Counted from the first letter of the stretch, positions 50,601-58,963 are shown. The stretch is 64,000 bases of DNA from PVC group bacterium (GCA_003567005.1 PXBF01000068.1:12392-76391); one strand, 5' to 3'. Made by a program: numbers and translations. The notes: generated from the letters alone by a model not told the origin.

Positions 50601-51096
50601 TATATACCTCGATAATTGTCGACTGGGACCACATGATGGGCGTAAAGGCAAAAAACAGACTACTGGAAACACCCGCAACAAAACAAATAGCATTTTCCAT
50701 CTTCTTGGTCATGTCATGCGAAATGGCCTGCGAGAAATACAAAACATCGCGGCCTGACCGGCATACGAGTATGGCCGTCAAGGCCGCAGCCAGGGCACCG
50801 AAAACCGCAGAAACAAAACCGATACCCCACGCAGGATTCGGTTGTCCCCGGAACGTAATGAAAGAAAATACCCTTGCAAAAACCCACGCAATCATGGTCC
50901 AGCTCGGATATCCTGGCGGATGGGGAACACCTAGCCAGTCAGCGGCAACTGCGAATTCGCCTGAATCTTCTAGCGTTACAGTTGGAGCCAATGTAATTGT
51001 GTAGACAACAAGTGAAATGAACCCCGAAATCCAAAATGCCAACCAATCAATGCGCCGGAAAAAAGGCCCCTGCTTTATGTTATTTGATGCATGCAT
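47695..51096 (-). CDS. DUF2723 (TMEM260-like, GT-C-fold putative O-glycosyltransferase) membrane protein with a C-terminal TPR-repeat domain
   Basis: LEDSGEFAVAADWLGVPHPPGYP motif near the first loop. About 20 TM helices. The C-terminal roughly 350 aa are TPR-like. The start ATG at 51096 is preceded by GGGAGG. The ORF-track extension to 51342 was rejected as low-complexity/Cys-rich. Confidence 0.6.
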   Translation of the reverse strand: MHASNNIKQGPFFRRIDWLAFWISGFISLVVYTITLAPTVTLEDSGEFAVAADWLGVPHPPGYPSWTMIAWVFARVFSFITFRGQPNPAWGIGFVSAVFGALAAALTAILVCRSGRDVLYFSQAISHDMTKKMENAICFVAGVSSSLFFAFTPIMWSQSTIIEVYSLNAFFLVFVLLFVYLWLNRPKDKYLYWLALVFGIGLTNYQVLLLAALALAIVVLFKDFELFRDFALVGGPLVGAVALVYVGILPAIEHPTEPLWYWYLGLNGTLLILSYYFLPRGKTVAITILLAQVGVAVYAYMPIVSDLRNPPMNWGYPRTWDGFMHAISRGQYEEIAPVDIFSWRFVEQIGTYLADLRLNFTMFVSLVAFLPFCTWRWNRKGNEPPFDAMKWGILLTLFALLLLPLAQYFPFYKIPSFGVFLLLAIGATMTLVTRFRGLWEEHVFARGARAWERITAVLVVVGIGLIYLALVMRKFLSVIEPLRTGDPLPPGFAAELLLIPALLVVPVLLIWLALKVVSLKDRFILTVDAGVQRWMVSTLIAFVTLSLGLIALADLQMDIQDTFIQRVKFISSHLLFSFWVGYGLVFLLAYLDDKLRHVSPGASSFALLIALALPVVPIWSNAFNERLLLVYGGADQHNRDFGWQFGHYALRGAVGILEELAPDEEPLPNPSFPSEMGPDAIFFGGTDPGRFVPTYMIYSADVRPDVHLITQNALADGTYMAVMRDLYGNDIWIPSVADNAAAFRQFVREMETGVRQSVPGVTVEGGRVQVSGVMGVMEINAILARKIFEHNRDRHDFYIEESYVMRWMYPYLSPHGLIMKINSEPLDRIPRETIEDDLDFWDWYTRRFLAHPMFRRDVPGQKSFSKLRSAIAGLYAHRGMIREAEIAFHESLALYPLSPEAHFRLAELYMRLTRFDDARELMSSFKERDPANTRIDHFLEQVDRVERMQVHVRELERQLQEGTIGAQDALQLAQLYLHRGQRDRFRRLADSLVSNPEAPAFLLLPLARMYAQAEMRARAGEVVALALERLPSDAAPEALLDALATLRVIEDYDAAVEVLEKYLDRNPQAWEEWIELAEFRLARNEVQAASNALRTAMRYGGTEAQMTIQSHPRLSQLLQEQSGQGSSPFGLRR

Positions 51097-51301
51097 ACCT
51101 TTTGTGGATTCCTCCCAAATAAATGTAACTACATATAAAATCGCTCTTTTTTTGCGTTTTGTTTGTACCACGATGCGTCTGCTAGATGCAAGAATCAAGC
51201 CCATCCAGTTGTGTGTGAATTGACAGCATCCCAAAGACCCTTTACCATAACAACAGTTTTTACAACAAAACGCCACAAACAGGAAAAAAGGAACGGTGTA
51301 C

Positions 51302-51691
51302 ATGTTCATCAAAGTACGAAATATGATAGCTATCGCCAGCATGATAGGAACGATTTTTGCGTTGACCGGTTGTGAGACAGAACCATCAGATCAGATTGCG
51401 ATCTCTGTTTCGCCCAACGCCGCAAACGTAAGACGAGGACAATCACAAGAATTTTCTGTATCCGGTTGGCAAGATTACACGTGGGAAATCTACGAGGAAC
51501 GAGGTGACAATGTTGGGGTCTTATCCACCCGTAAAGGGGAGAGAACCGTTTACACTGCGGTGAGTGGCACCAACGACGTAGTCGTTCTGCGCGCATATGC
51601 AAACGTGAGCACTGCAATCACGAATAGGGACGATGAAGGGCAGGAACGCTCACGGGTATTCGCAGAAGCCATCATCTCACATCGCCCGTGA
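51302..51691 (+). CDS. Small lipoprotein of unknown function
   Basis: Signal peptide with lipobox ALTGC. AGGAA RBS 10 nt upstream of the ATG at 51302. Confidence 0.5.
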   Translation: MFIKVRNMIAIASMIGTIFALTGCETEPSDQIAISVSPNAANVRRGQSQEFSVSGWQDYTWEIYEERGDNVGVLSTRKGERTVYTAVSGTNDVVVLRAYANVSTAITNRDDEGQERSRVFAEAIISHRP

Positions 51692-51695
51692 GCCC

Positions 51696-52517
51696 ATGCA
51701 TGCATCGTTAGATATCACCAGCACGACAAACCCACGCATCAAGCATAGTATCAAATTACGCCAGCGGTCCCACCGCGATGCAGCAGCGCAAATGCTGATC
51801 GAAGGATACCGCGAAATTCTGCGTGCAAACCGCAACCAACACGAAATCACCACTGTTTTCTATTGCGAAGAGCTATTTCAAGGAGATAATAATCATGCGC
51901 TGCTCAAGAGGCTGCACGCATCCGGCGCGACATGCATTCGCTGCAGCAAACCTGTATTTCAAAAGATTTCATACCGAGACAGACCGGATGGACTCCTGGC
52001 AGTGGCCCCGCAACTTCACCAGACACTTGCTGACATTACGCTTTCAGAAAAACCATTCGTCGTAATTGCAGAATCTATTGAAAAACCAGGCAATCTTGGC
52101 ACCATCTTACGCAGCGCAGACGCAGCTGGTGCAGATGCCGTGATTGTCTGCGACCGATGCACCGATATCAATAATCCCAATGTTGTGCGTGCAAGCATTG
52201 GCACGCTCTTTTGCCGTCCTGTTGTGGAAGCATCCACGACAGAAACCATACAATGGCTGCGAAATCACAACATTCAAAGCCTCGCGGCAACGCCACATGC
52301 AGAGTTGCTTTATACCGATGCAGACTGCACGGGAGCTGTTGCCATCGTGATGGGAACGGAGCAATATGGGCTTAGCGAAGCCTGGATGCACCAAGCCGAC
52401 ATCCAAGTCCGAATCCCTATGCATGGACAGGCAGATTCACTCAATGTCGCCACCGCCACCACAATATTGCTCTATGAAGTGTGCCGCCAACGGGAAGTCT
52501 TCAGTAAACCAAAATAA
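51696..52517 (+). CDS. TrmH/SpoU-family RNA 2'-O-methyltransferase (RlmB-like)
   Basis: SPOUT motifs EKPGNLGTILRSADAAGADAVIV, VRASIGTL and GQADSLNVATAT. About 273 aa. Confidence 0.8.
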   Translation: MHASLDITSTTNPRIKHSIKLRQRSHRDAAAQMLIEGYREILRANRNQHEITTVFYCEELFQGDNNHALLKRLHASGATCIRCSKPVFQKISYRDRPDGLLAVAPQLHQTLADITLSEKPFVVIAESIEKPGNLGTILRSADAAGADAVIVCDRCTDINNPNVVRASIGTLFCRPVVEASTTETIQWLRNHNIQSLAATPHAELLYTDADCTGAVAIVMGTEQYGLSEAWMHQADIQVRIPMHGQADSLNVATATTILLYEVCRQREVFSKPK

Positions 52518-53139
52518 TGAGCCCATAGAGGAAAACGGCAAGGGCCAAATCGATTACCCCCCATATCCGACAATGCCGATCTGATGGTAACAAGCGCGTA
52601 ACGGCCAAACGAAACCAATAGGGACCGAGCAATAAGGCTAACCCCATCACGACGCATACATAAGCAAGCACGGACATTACGACACTCCAAGGCGAGGGAT
52701 GCAAACGCGCGGCAAATAGAACAGGCGCTGGATATAATAGCAAGAGCGCACCCAATGCACGCGGACCAAGGAGCTCATCCATGTAATACCAGATAAAAGC
52801 AGCCAAAAAAAGCGCCACGGGCCAGACGAGCGGCTTCCACGGCTCGAATCGCCCAAGTGGCATCATATAGACAACCCAAGCTGCCCATAAAACGGCCGCC
52901 CCCGCTAAAAGGCGACCGCTCCATACATCACGCGGAAATCGTTCCAACCAATATCGTACCCGCTTGGGGGCAGCCAGTAAAGCAACCGATTCAGTTGTCA
53001 ATAAAACCGCCAAAACAAGTGTCCATGCTGCAAGTGCACTCAATACCTCATCTCCTGTCTCAGTCTTCAATATCCTTATACAATACGTGCTCGTAGCATG
53101 CCCCGAGAAGAAGTAGACGGCAAGCATATCTAACCACAT
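52501..53139 (-). CDS. Hypothetical integral membrane protein
   Basis: 212 aa, 6 hydrophobic helices. Convergent 17-nt overlap with the TrmH gene. Confidence 0.45.
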   Translation of the reverse strand: MWLDMLAVYFFSGHATSTYCIRILKTETGDEVLSALAAWTLVLAVLLTTESVALLAAPKRVRYWLERFPRDVWSGRLLAGAAVLWAAWVVYMMPLGRFEPWKPLVWPVALFLAAFIWYYMDELLGPRALGALLLLYPAPVLFAARLHPSPWSVVMSVLAYVCVVMGLALLLGPYWFRLAVTRLLPSDRHCRIWGVIDLALAVFLYGLIILVY

Positions 53140-53218
53140 ACCCTAACTTCCGTATTTTTAAATCTCCTCTTGTCCGAGTAAATGTAAAATAGTAAACTAC
53201 GAATAGTGGAGGTGTTAT

Positions 53219-53782
53219 ATGAAGACATGCATAATAGTCACATTGTTAGCATTGCTAATACAGACACAGGCTACACAGGCAAGTTCGCGGCGCGATATAG
53301 TACGCGGCGCGCTTGTTGGCGCAGCAACCGGAGCGCTGGCCTCCGAACTCAGTAGCGATATTAGCGCACGAACCGCCATCCCCGTTCTGGCCGGTGTTGG
53401 CGCACTCACCGGGTATGCCAGAAACCAATACCGCTATCATGAAGGCTACCGCTACAGTCCCCATTGGAATGTATACTATGGCAGGCATCCATACTACCAC
53501 CCTATGGGATACCGTCACCGCCATCGCCGCCGTTTCAGGACACTTCAACCCGTGCGAGTGGCACCTGTCACGCAGACGACTCCAAACACAAATGCATCTT
53601 CGACTCGATCGGTCAACAGGCACCCCGGCGTTTCTAGAATTCCTGTTTCTTTTGAGACGGAACGAGGTTTTCCGCTAACCATTACCATCACCAAAGTTGG
53701 AAACCAATATGTTGGGCCGAGAGGAGAAACCTACGACCAGATGCCCACCATCGAACAGCTACAACAGACATACAAACCATAG
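53219..53782 (+). CDS. Secreted glycine-zipper protein with a His/Tyr/Arg-rich segment
   Basis: Signal peptide. Glycine-zipper GALVGAATGALASEL and VLAGVGALTGYA. Low-complexity YRYHEGYRYSPHWNVYYGRHPYYHPMGYRHRHRRR. Confidence 0.5.
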   Translation: MKTCIIVTLLALLIQTQATQASSRRDIVRGALVGAATGALASELSSDISARTAIPVLAGVGALTGYARNQYRYHEGYRYSPHWNVYYGRHPYYHPMGYRHRHRRRFRTLQPVRVAPVTQTTPNTNASSTRSVNRHPGVSRIPVSFETERGFPLTITITKVGNQYVGPRGETYDQMPTIEQLQQTYKP

Positions 53783-54004
53783 CATCCGTTCCTATAGCTC
53801 GCCTTTTCTCCTATAGAACAAGCATATAATCAAGCAACTATACATTCATATTCACAGATCCAAAATACAACAGAATGTAAAATGGTATCGCTGCTAATCC
53901 GAGTCGTAGTAGAGAGATAAATCGGCGATACGAACGGAGCCAAGATACAAAAGTGTAAAACGATTTACTTGCACTTCTCCCCCGATCCTGACATCCTACG
54001 CACC

Positions 54005-54592
54005 ATGAAAAAACAAAAACAACAGGAAAAGCCGCCCACACCACCAGCCGAATGGGTGGAATTATACAGTGACTATTTATACCGCTATGCCCTCATGCGC
54101 TTAAAAGACCCGATTAATGCAGAAGACGCTGTACAAGAAACCTTCCTGGCAGGCATTAAAGGACTCAAACAATTCGACGGACGCGTTGATGTCAAGTATT
54201 GGCTGCGCGGTATCTTGCGTAATAAAATCGTCGATTATATCCGCAAGAATACACGCGAGCACCCTGTCAATAATGACGACGGACGGGATATCGTAGAAAG
54301 CTATTCCTTCGAAAAATTCGGCATCGCCGAGCGATCGCCGAAACCATGGCAATTTGCGCCTGAACGGGAATTTGAAAAAGGGGAATTCTGGGAAGCATTT
54401 GAAAAGTGCCTATCCAAACTCAGCGATACAATGCGTCAGGCGTTTGTCTTGAAAATGGTCGATGGAATGGATTCAGAATCGGTATGTAAGGCATTAAATA
54501 TCCAGCCGAACAATTTGTGGGTCTTAAATCATAGGGCAAGAGCGCAATTGAAAGCTTGTCTGGAATCTAACTGGGATCGCGAAGAGGATTAA
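54005..54592 (+). CDS. ECF-type RNA polymerase sigma-70 factor
   Basis: Region 2 LYSDYLYRYALMRLKD...DAVQETFL. Region 4 RQAFVLKMVDGMDSESVCKALNIQPNNLWVLNHRARAQL. The first in-frame ATG at 54005 was used; the ORF-track start is a TTG. Confidence 0.8.
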   Translation: MKKQKQQEKPPTPPAEWVELYSDYLYRYALMRLKDPINAEDAVQETFLAGIKGLKQFDGRVDVKYWLRGILRNKIVDYIRKNTREHPVNNDDGRDIVESYSFEKFGIAERSPKPWQFAPEREFEKGEFWEAFEKCLSKLSDTMRQAFVLKMVDGMDSESVCKALNIQPNNLWVLNHRARAQLKACLESNWDREED

Positions 54593-54853
54593 ATGCTAAC
54601 CTGTAAACAAGTATCTAAGGCTCTTGCCGAATCTGATTATAAAGAGCTGCCTCTATACAAGAGGTTGCTACTACGCTTTCATATTACCATCTGTTTTATT
54701 TGTAAAGGCTACAACAAAAACGTAATGCGCTTTCACGATATGGCGCGTGCATTTCGGCGCTATGAAGACGAAAAAACAGCCGAGGCCGCCCCCGAGAATG
54801 CAAAGAAAAAATGGATCCAAAGCATTGAGGTTAACGCTTCCACGAAAGACTAG
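54593..54853 (+). CDS. Putative zinc-finger (ZAS-type) anti-sigma factor
   Basis: Start ATG directly abuts the sigma stop. GAAGAGGA RBS. C4 ... H30-x3-C34-x2-C37 (HITICFIC) matches the ZAS H-x3-C-x2-C signature. 86 aa. Confidence 0.55.
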   Translation: MLTCKQVSKALAESDYKELPLYKRLLLRFHITICFICKGYNKNVMRFHDMARAFRRYEDEKTAEAAPENAKKKWIQSIEVNASTKD

Positions 54854-54884
54854 CCTACACGAGGTAAGGGAAAAGGGCATACCT

Positions 54885-55021
54885 TTAGCCCGCATATCTC
54901 ACAAACTTCGTAGCGAGAGTGTGAAGCGTGCCTCATAGCGGGCTCGCCACGCAAGGTCGCGGACCCGATATGACGTGCGACTCGCACTCGCAGTAGATGG
55001 CTTGTGAGATATGCGGGTTAG
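54885..55021. mobile_element. MITE-like nonautonomous element, copy B (129 bp plus 4-bp TTAG direct repeats)
   Basis: Same 16-bp terminal inverted repeats as copy A. Flanked by TTAG at 54885-54888 and 55018-55021. Internal imperfect palindrome. Confidence 0.65.
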
Positions 55022-55212
55022 TAAAGGCACTTGGGTGACCAAGATGATGCATATTGTAACTTTTGGCAGGTAGGGCGAGGCGTCCGCGCCGAGCCGTTGC
55101 TCGGTAGTCGCGGCGCACCGGGGATCCTACTTCGTCCCGCTTGGCGGGACTTCGCAGGACAAGGCTGGTTCGCCCCACCCGGATTGGCAAAAAACAAACA
55201 TGAAGTTAAAAC

Positions 55213-55839
55213 CTAGGGCGCTTGCCGGCAGAGCGCCCAGCCTTCACCTGTTGATTTGTAAACAATGCGATCATGTAACCGGTTCGCACCGCCCTGCCAA
55301 AACTCCATAAGCGACGGTTTCAATAAATATCCGCCCCAAAACGGCGGACAAGGCACAGCCTGATCCCTGTACTTCTGCTCAACTTGATTATATTGCTCTT
55401 GCAGCACGCCCAATCCACCTATCGTCTGACTTTGCGGAGAACTCCACGCCCCCAATTGGCTACCGCGAGGACGCCCCGCAAAATATGCTTCCGATTCTGC
55501 TCGGGATAAGCGCTCCGCACGCCCCTCCGCTCGAATCTGTCGCACTTGCGTCGGCCACCAAAATGTAGCAGCAAATCGCGGATTGACAGTGAGATGCTGC
55601 CCTTTTCGACTCTCATAATTTGTAAAGAAGCGAATCCCACCGGCATGAAAACCGCGCATCAGCACAATACGCGCAGAAGGAGACCCATCAGGAGTTGCTG
55701 TTGCCAAGAGCATCGCCCCAGCCTCCCATGGCTCCGTTTTGCAAGCGTCCTCATGCCATATCGCAAACAGATCCATGGGATGCTCGGGTAAGGTGCTCCA
55801 ATCTAAACGTTCGTCCCGCCACTCTTTTGATTGCATCAA
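55213..55839 (-). CDS. pdxH: Pyridoxamine/pyridoxine 5'-phosphate oxidase
   Basis: FMN-binding split-barrel motifs ARIVLMRGFHAGGIRFFTNYESRKG and the C-terminal EFWQGGANRLHDR signature. 208 aa. Confidence 0.85.
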   Translation of the reverse strand: MMQSKEWRDERLDWSTLPEHPMDLFAIWHEDACKTEPWEAGAMLLATATPDGSPSARIVLMRGFHAGGIRFFTNYESRKGQHLTVNPRFAATFWWPTQVRQIRAEGRAERLSRAESEAYFAGRPRGSQLGAWSSPQSQTIGGLGVLQEQYNQVEQKYRDQAVPCPPFWGGYLLKPSLMEFWQGGANRLHDRIVYKSTGEGWALCRQAP

Positions 55840-55934
55840 TCACACTCCTGCTTTTTTTCACCTTATGGTTCCATTCAAACAGGACATCCTTACAAACCCA
55901 ACATGGACATATACGCAGACCGGCGAAAAAAAAG

Positions 55935-56198
55935 CTAACCTAATGGCAATTCGTCGGCATCCGGTGTGTCGCCATGCGGAAAGGACTCCGTTTCTACAGG
56001 CCCCTCCTTGGTTAGAAGCTTCTCAATCTTACGTTCAACTTCATCAAGTTTTCCCGAACAGAATTTGATCAACTTCTGTCCCTCCTCAAACCGGGCAATC
56101 ATATCGTCCAAACTTAATTCGCCACTTTCCATACCAGCGACAATCTCTTCCAGACGTGCCAATGACTTTTCAAAAGACACATTCTTTTCATTGCTCAT
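55935..56198 (-). CDS. xseB: Exodeoxyribonuclease VII small subunit
   Basis: SFEKSLARLEEIVAGMESGELSLDDMIARFEEGQKLIKFC is a textbook XseB helix-hairpin. 87 aa. Sits 3 nt downstream of xseA. Confidence 0.8.
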   Translation of the reverse strand: MSNEKNVSFEKSLARLEEIVAGMESGELSLDDMIARFEEGQKLIKFCSGKLDEVERKIEKLLTKEGPVETESFPHGDTPDADELPLG

Positions 56199-56201
56199 AC
56201 C

Positions 56202-57557
56202 CTATCCTTTCTCCTTGCCCTCTACAACACGCGCCAATACTTCGCCTTTCGCCAATCGCGTCCGTACATGATCACCCGCTCTAACAGCAGAAGCGTCCCG
56301 CAAGATCGTTCCATCATCCAGTCGCGTAACCGAATATCCACGTTGCAAAACAGCTAAAGGATTCAGTGCCCGGAGTTGCAACGTCAAACGTTGCACCTCT
56401 TGTGTCGCACGCTGCTGCCGTAATCGTAACGCCTGCTCCATATGGCGCGAAGAAGTCTCGAGCCCCTGACGTCCTGCTTGCATAGCCGAACGACTGCGCT
56501 GCTGCAAGGTACTGCTGACCCAATCCAATGATTGCTGCGCCGACTGCATACTTCCGCGTAATTCACGACGCATGCGCTGATCCACAGTATCCATGCGTTC
56601 CCGATACCGCGCGACGGCATTGCTGGGCTCCCGAAATACATAGTGCTGTGCGGAACGCGTCAAACGATGTTTTGCCCGCTCCAGCACATGCTGCATGCAC
56701 CCCTCCAAGCGCCGACCGTATTCCGCAAGCATATCCGTAAAGGCATCTTTACGACCAACCACCAATTCTGCTGCCGCCGATGGCGTAGGAGCGCGCACAT
56801 CTGCCACGAAATCACAAATAGTAAAATCGATTTCATGTCCAACAGCAGAAATAACGGGAATCTGCGAACGATCAACAGCCCGAGCAACCACCTCCTCATT
56901 GAACGACCACAAATCCTCCAAACTGCCGCCACCCCGACCAACAATCAGAACATCCAAACCGCCAATTTCATTCAACCGTCCGATCGCTGCGGCCACTTCC
57001 TCTGCAGCACCATCGCCTTGCACCTTTACGGGCGCTAGTAATACATGAAGATTGGGGAAACGACGGGTCACAACGTTCAAAATATCGCGAATAGCCGCCC
57101 CCGTTGCAGATGTAACCACCCCTACATGCTGAGGAAGCAAGGGTAAGGGCTTTTTGCGCGATGCCGCAAAAAGCCCTTCCTCTGCCAATCGTTTCTTCAA
57201 AGCTTCAAACTGCGCTTGCAGGGAACCTTTTCCGCCAGGTTCCATGCGGCGAATTAAAATCTGATAATTGCCGCGTTTTTCATATACGGTAATTTCACCA
57301 AAAGCACGTACTACATCGCCACTTTTGGGGGTAAACCCCAGCCCCCGCTGACTCCCCTTGAACATGACAGCCTGAATTTGCGCCCCTTCATCCTTGATCG
57401 TAAAATACATGTGCCCTGAGGCAGGACGCGCCAAGTTGGAAATTTCCCCCTCGACCCCGACAGCACCGAATCCTCTCTCAAGCGTCCCCTTGATCCGGCG
57501 TGTCAACTCGCTGACACTCCATATTGAATCATTTCTCTCCATCAAACCTTTGCTCAC
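56202..57557 (-). CDS. xseA: Exodeoxyribonuclease VII large subunit
   Basis: N-terminal OB-fold WSVSELTRRIKGTLE...VEGEISN...GHMYFTLKD-like. Catalytic region GRGGGSLEDLWSFNEE. 451 aa. Confidence 0.85.
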   Translation of the reverse strand: MSKGLMERNDSIWSVSELTRRIKGTLERGFGAVGVEGEISNLARPASGHMYFTIKDEGAQIQAVMFKGSQRGLGFTPKSGDVVRAFGEITVYEKRGNYQILIRRMEPGGKGSLQAQFEALKKRLAEEGLFAASRKKPLPLLPQHVGVVTSATGAAIRDILNVVTRRFPNLHVLLAPVKVQGDGAAEEVAAAIGRLNEIGGLDVLIVGRGGGSLEDLWSFNEEVVARAVDRSQIPVISAVGHEIDFTICDFVADVRAPTPSAAAELVVGRKDAFTDMLAEYGRRLEGCMQHVLERAKHRLTRSAQHYVFREPSNAVARYRERMDTVDQRMRRELRGSMQSAQQSLDWVSSTLQQRSRSAMQAGRQGLETSSRHMEQALRLRQQRATQEVQRLTLQLRALNPLAVLQRGYSVTRLDDGTILRDASAVRAGDHVRTRLAKGEVLARVVEGKEKG

Positions 57558-57647
57558 TTCCCTGTTTCGGTAACATTATGGCAGAGAGTAAACTAACGAG
57601 GATCTCCTCAGTCGCCAAGCACACATTTATGCGCCACGCACAAACAG

Positions 57648-57676
57648 AAAAAAAGCGCCTGGATCATCCAGACGCT
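57648..57676 (-). terminator. Rho-independent terminator after the YeeE/YedE pair
   Basis: On the minus strand AGCGTCTGGAT-GA-TCCAGGCGCT hairpin (57654-57676) followed by TTTTTTTCTGTTTG (complement of the A-run 57648-57654). Confidence 0.55.
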
Positions 57677-57698
57677 CCGCAGCACATTGTAAACGCAT

Positions 57699-58229
57699 CT
57701 ACAAATTCTTCTTCTCGAAGAATACAAAGACGCCAAGCACAAGACACCAGAACGCCACCACGACAAACCAAGGATTCAGCCCAACCATTTCTGGAACCCC
57801 CAAGTTACCAAAATCTTTCCAAGCCATCACAGTGCGCGAAAGCCAAGGATAAAGTTCAGCAAAAACGGCAGCCCCGATCACCATTCCGATAACGGCAAAT
57901 ATAGCATGCCATCGGCCTTCCCCAATCGCCCCCATAGAGGTTCCCGGACAATAGCCCATGATCGCCCAACCAATACCGAAAAGCAAACCGCCGATGATTA
58001 CAGCCCCCATGTTCATGGGTTTGTGACTGAAAGAGTCTATCACGCCAAGTTCAACAAGGAGATGCAAACCCACACTACCAACGATAATGGCTGACAACAT
58101 GAACTTGAGAATCGTCATATCTTTCAGCAACATCGCACCCAGTTGCTTCTCATAGCGAAGCACACGCCCCTTCTGCAACAAAAACCCAAAAATCACACCT
58201 GTAACCAATCCTAGAATCAGCCTATCCAT
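57699..58229 (-). CDS. YeeE/YedE-family (DUF395) sulfur-compound transporter half
   Basis: Conserved GYCPG motif (AIMGYCPGTSMGA). 4 TM. Internal start MDRLILG chosen. Confidence 0.7.
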   Translation of the reverse strand: MDRLILGLVTGVIFGFLLQKGRVLRYEKQLGAMLLKDMTILKFMLSAIIVGSVGLHLLVELGVIDSFSHKPMNMGAVIIGGLLFGIGWAIMGYCPGTSMGAIGEGRWHAIFAVIGMVIGAAVFAELYPWLSRTVMAWKDFGNLGVPEMVGLNPWFVVVAFWCLVLGVFVFFEKKNL

Positions 58230-58773
58230 GACGTTTCCCTCCTTTGAATACGAGTTGTGCAACGACTACACCTGTACCGAAGAAAAAGGCCAACGCCACA
58301 AAACCGCTTACGGAAAGCTGCATCAGGCCACTTAGACCATGACCACTTGGACATCCATCGGCTAACCGTGCACCGATCATGGCAATCATACCGCCGAGCA
58401 CTGCGCCGACCGCACGTACGCCTATAGAAGATCCAAAGCGATCACGCCAAATAGGGGGTGAGGATTCAGTCTCAAAACTGCGATCTGTCAAAGATGCCAG
58501 CAAGGCCCCAATCAAGATTCCGATTACAATCATGTACTGCCAATCAATCTGCGGCGGGGTTTGCTGATAATAAGGGTTCGCCGCCACACGATCGGGCAAA
58601 ATGGCACGATGGACATAACCCGCTGCCCGCACGAACGTAGTCGAAGCCCCCAGAAAACTGGTCTGCCCAGTTATTCCGGTCGTTGCCCAAGCCGAACCCA
58701 CTGCAAGTAACCCTACGAGTGCACCTGCCAGATAGGGACTCCAGCCGCCACCTTCCTGCTTCCATTTCATCAT
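58222..58773 (-). CDS. YeeE/YedE-family (DUF395) sulfur-compound transporter half
   Basis: Conserved GCPSGHG motif (LADGCPSGHGLSG). 4 TM. 8-nt overlap with the downstream half gene. Confidence 0.7.
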   Translation of the reverse strand: MMKWKQEGGGWSPYLAGALVGLLAVGSAWATTGITGQTSFLGASTTFVRAAGYVHRAILPDRVAANPYYQQTPPQIDWQYMIVIGILIGALLASLTDRSFETESSPPIWRDRFGSSIGVRAVGAVLGGMIAMIGARLADGCPSGHGLSGLMQLSVSGFVALAFFFGTGVVVAQLVFKGGKRHG

Positions 58774-58963
58774 GACCTCCCCCTGTAATTCACATGTCTA
58801 TCTCAAAACAACCACCGACACTTTACGGTAGTTGCAAAGGGCATTAAGTTTCACAATGTGCTAATTAAACAAAAAGGACATAAACGTACAAGACTATTTT
58901 ACTCATCTTACATAAAACCATGCCCATTCACGCAAAACGTAGTGATCCGATAGGGTGATCGTA

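Noticed and set aside
51097-51342. ORF-track N-terminal extension of the DUF2723 protein (MLAIAIIFRT...CCYGKGSLGCC)
   Set aside because: Cys-rich, non-membrane-like sequence. Starting at 51096 gives a GGGAGG RBS and leaves room for the divergent lipoprotein promoter.
53255-53623. 122-aa minus-strand ORF
   Set aside because: Antisense inside the secreted glycine-zipper gene. GC-rich frame artefact.
55060-55200. Possible tRNA, tmRNA, SRP or RNase P RNA in the GC-rich spacer
   Set aside because: No T-loop GGTTCGAATCC-type motif, no RNase P P4 motif, no SRP domain IV motif found by eye. Kept only as an unspecified structured-RNA candidate.
54933-55216. 85-aa minus-strand and 61-aa plus-strand ORFs in the MITE/GC-rich spacer
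   Set aside because: They overlap the repeat element and the hairpin-rich spacer. Arg/Pro-rich translations without an RBS.
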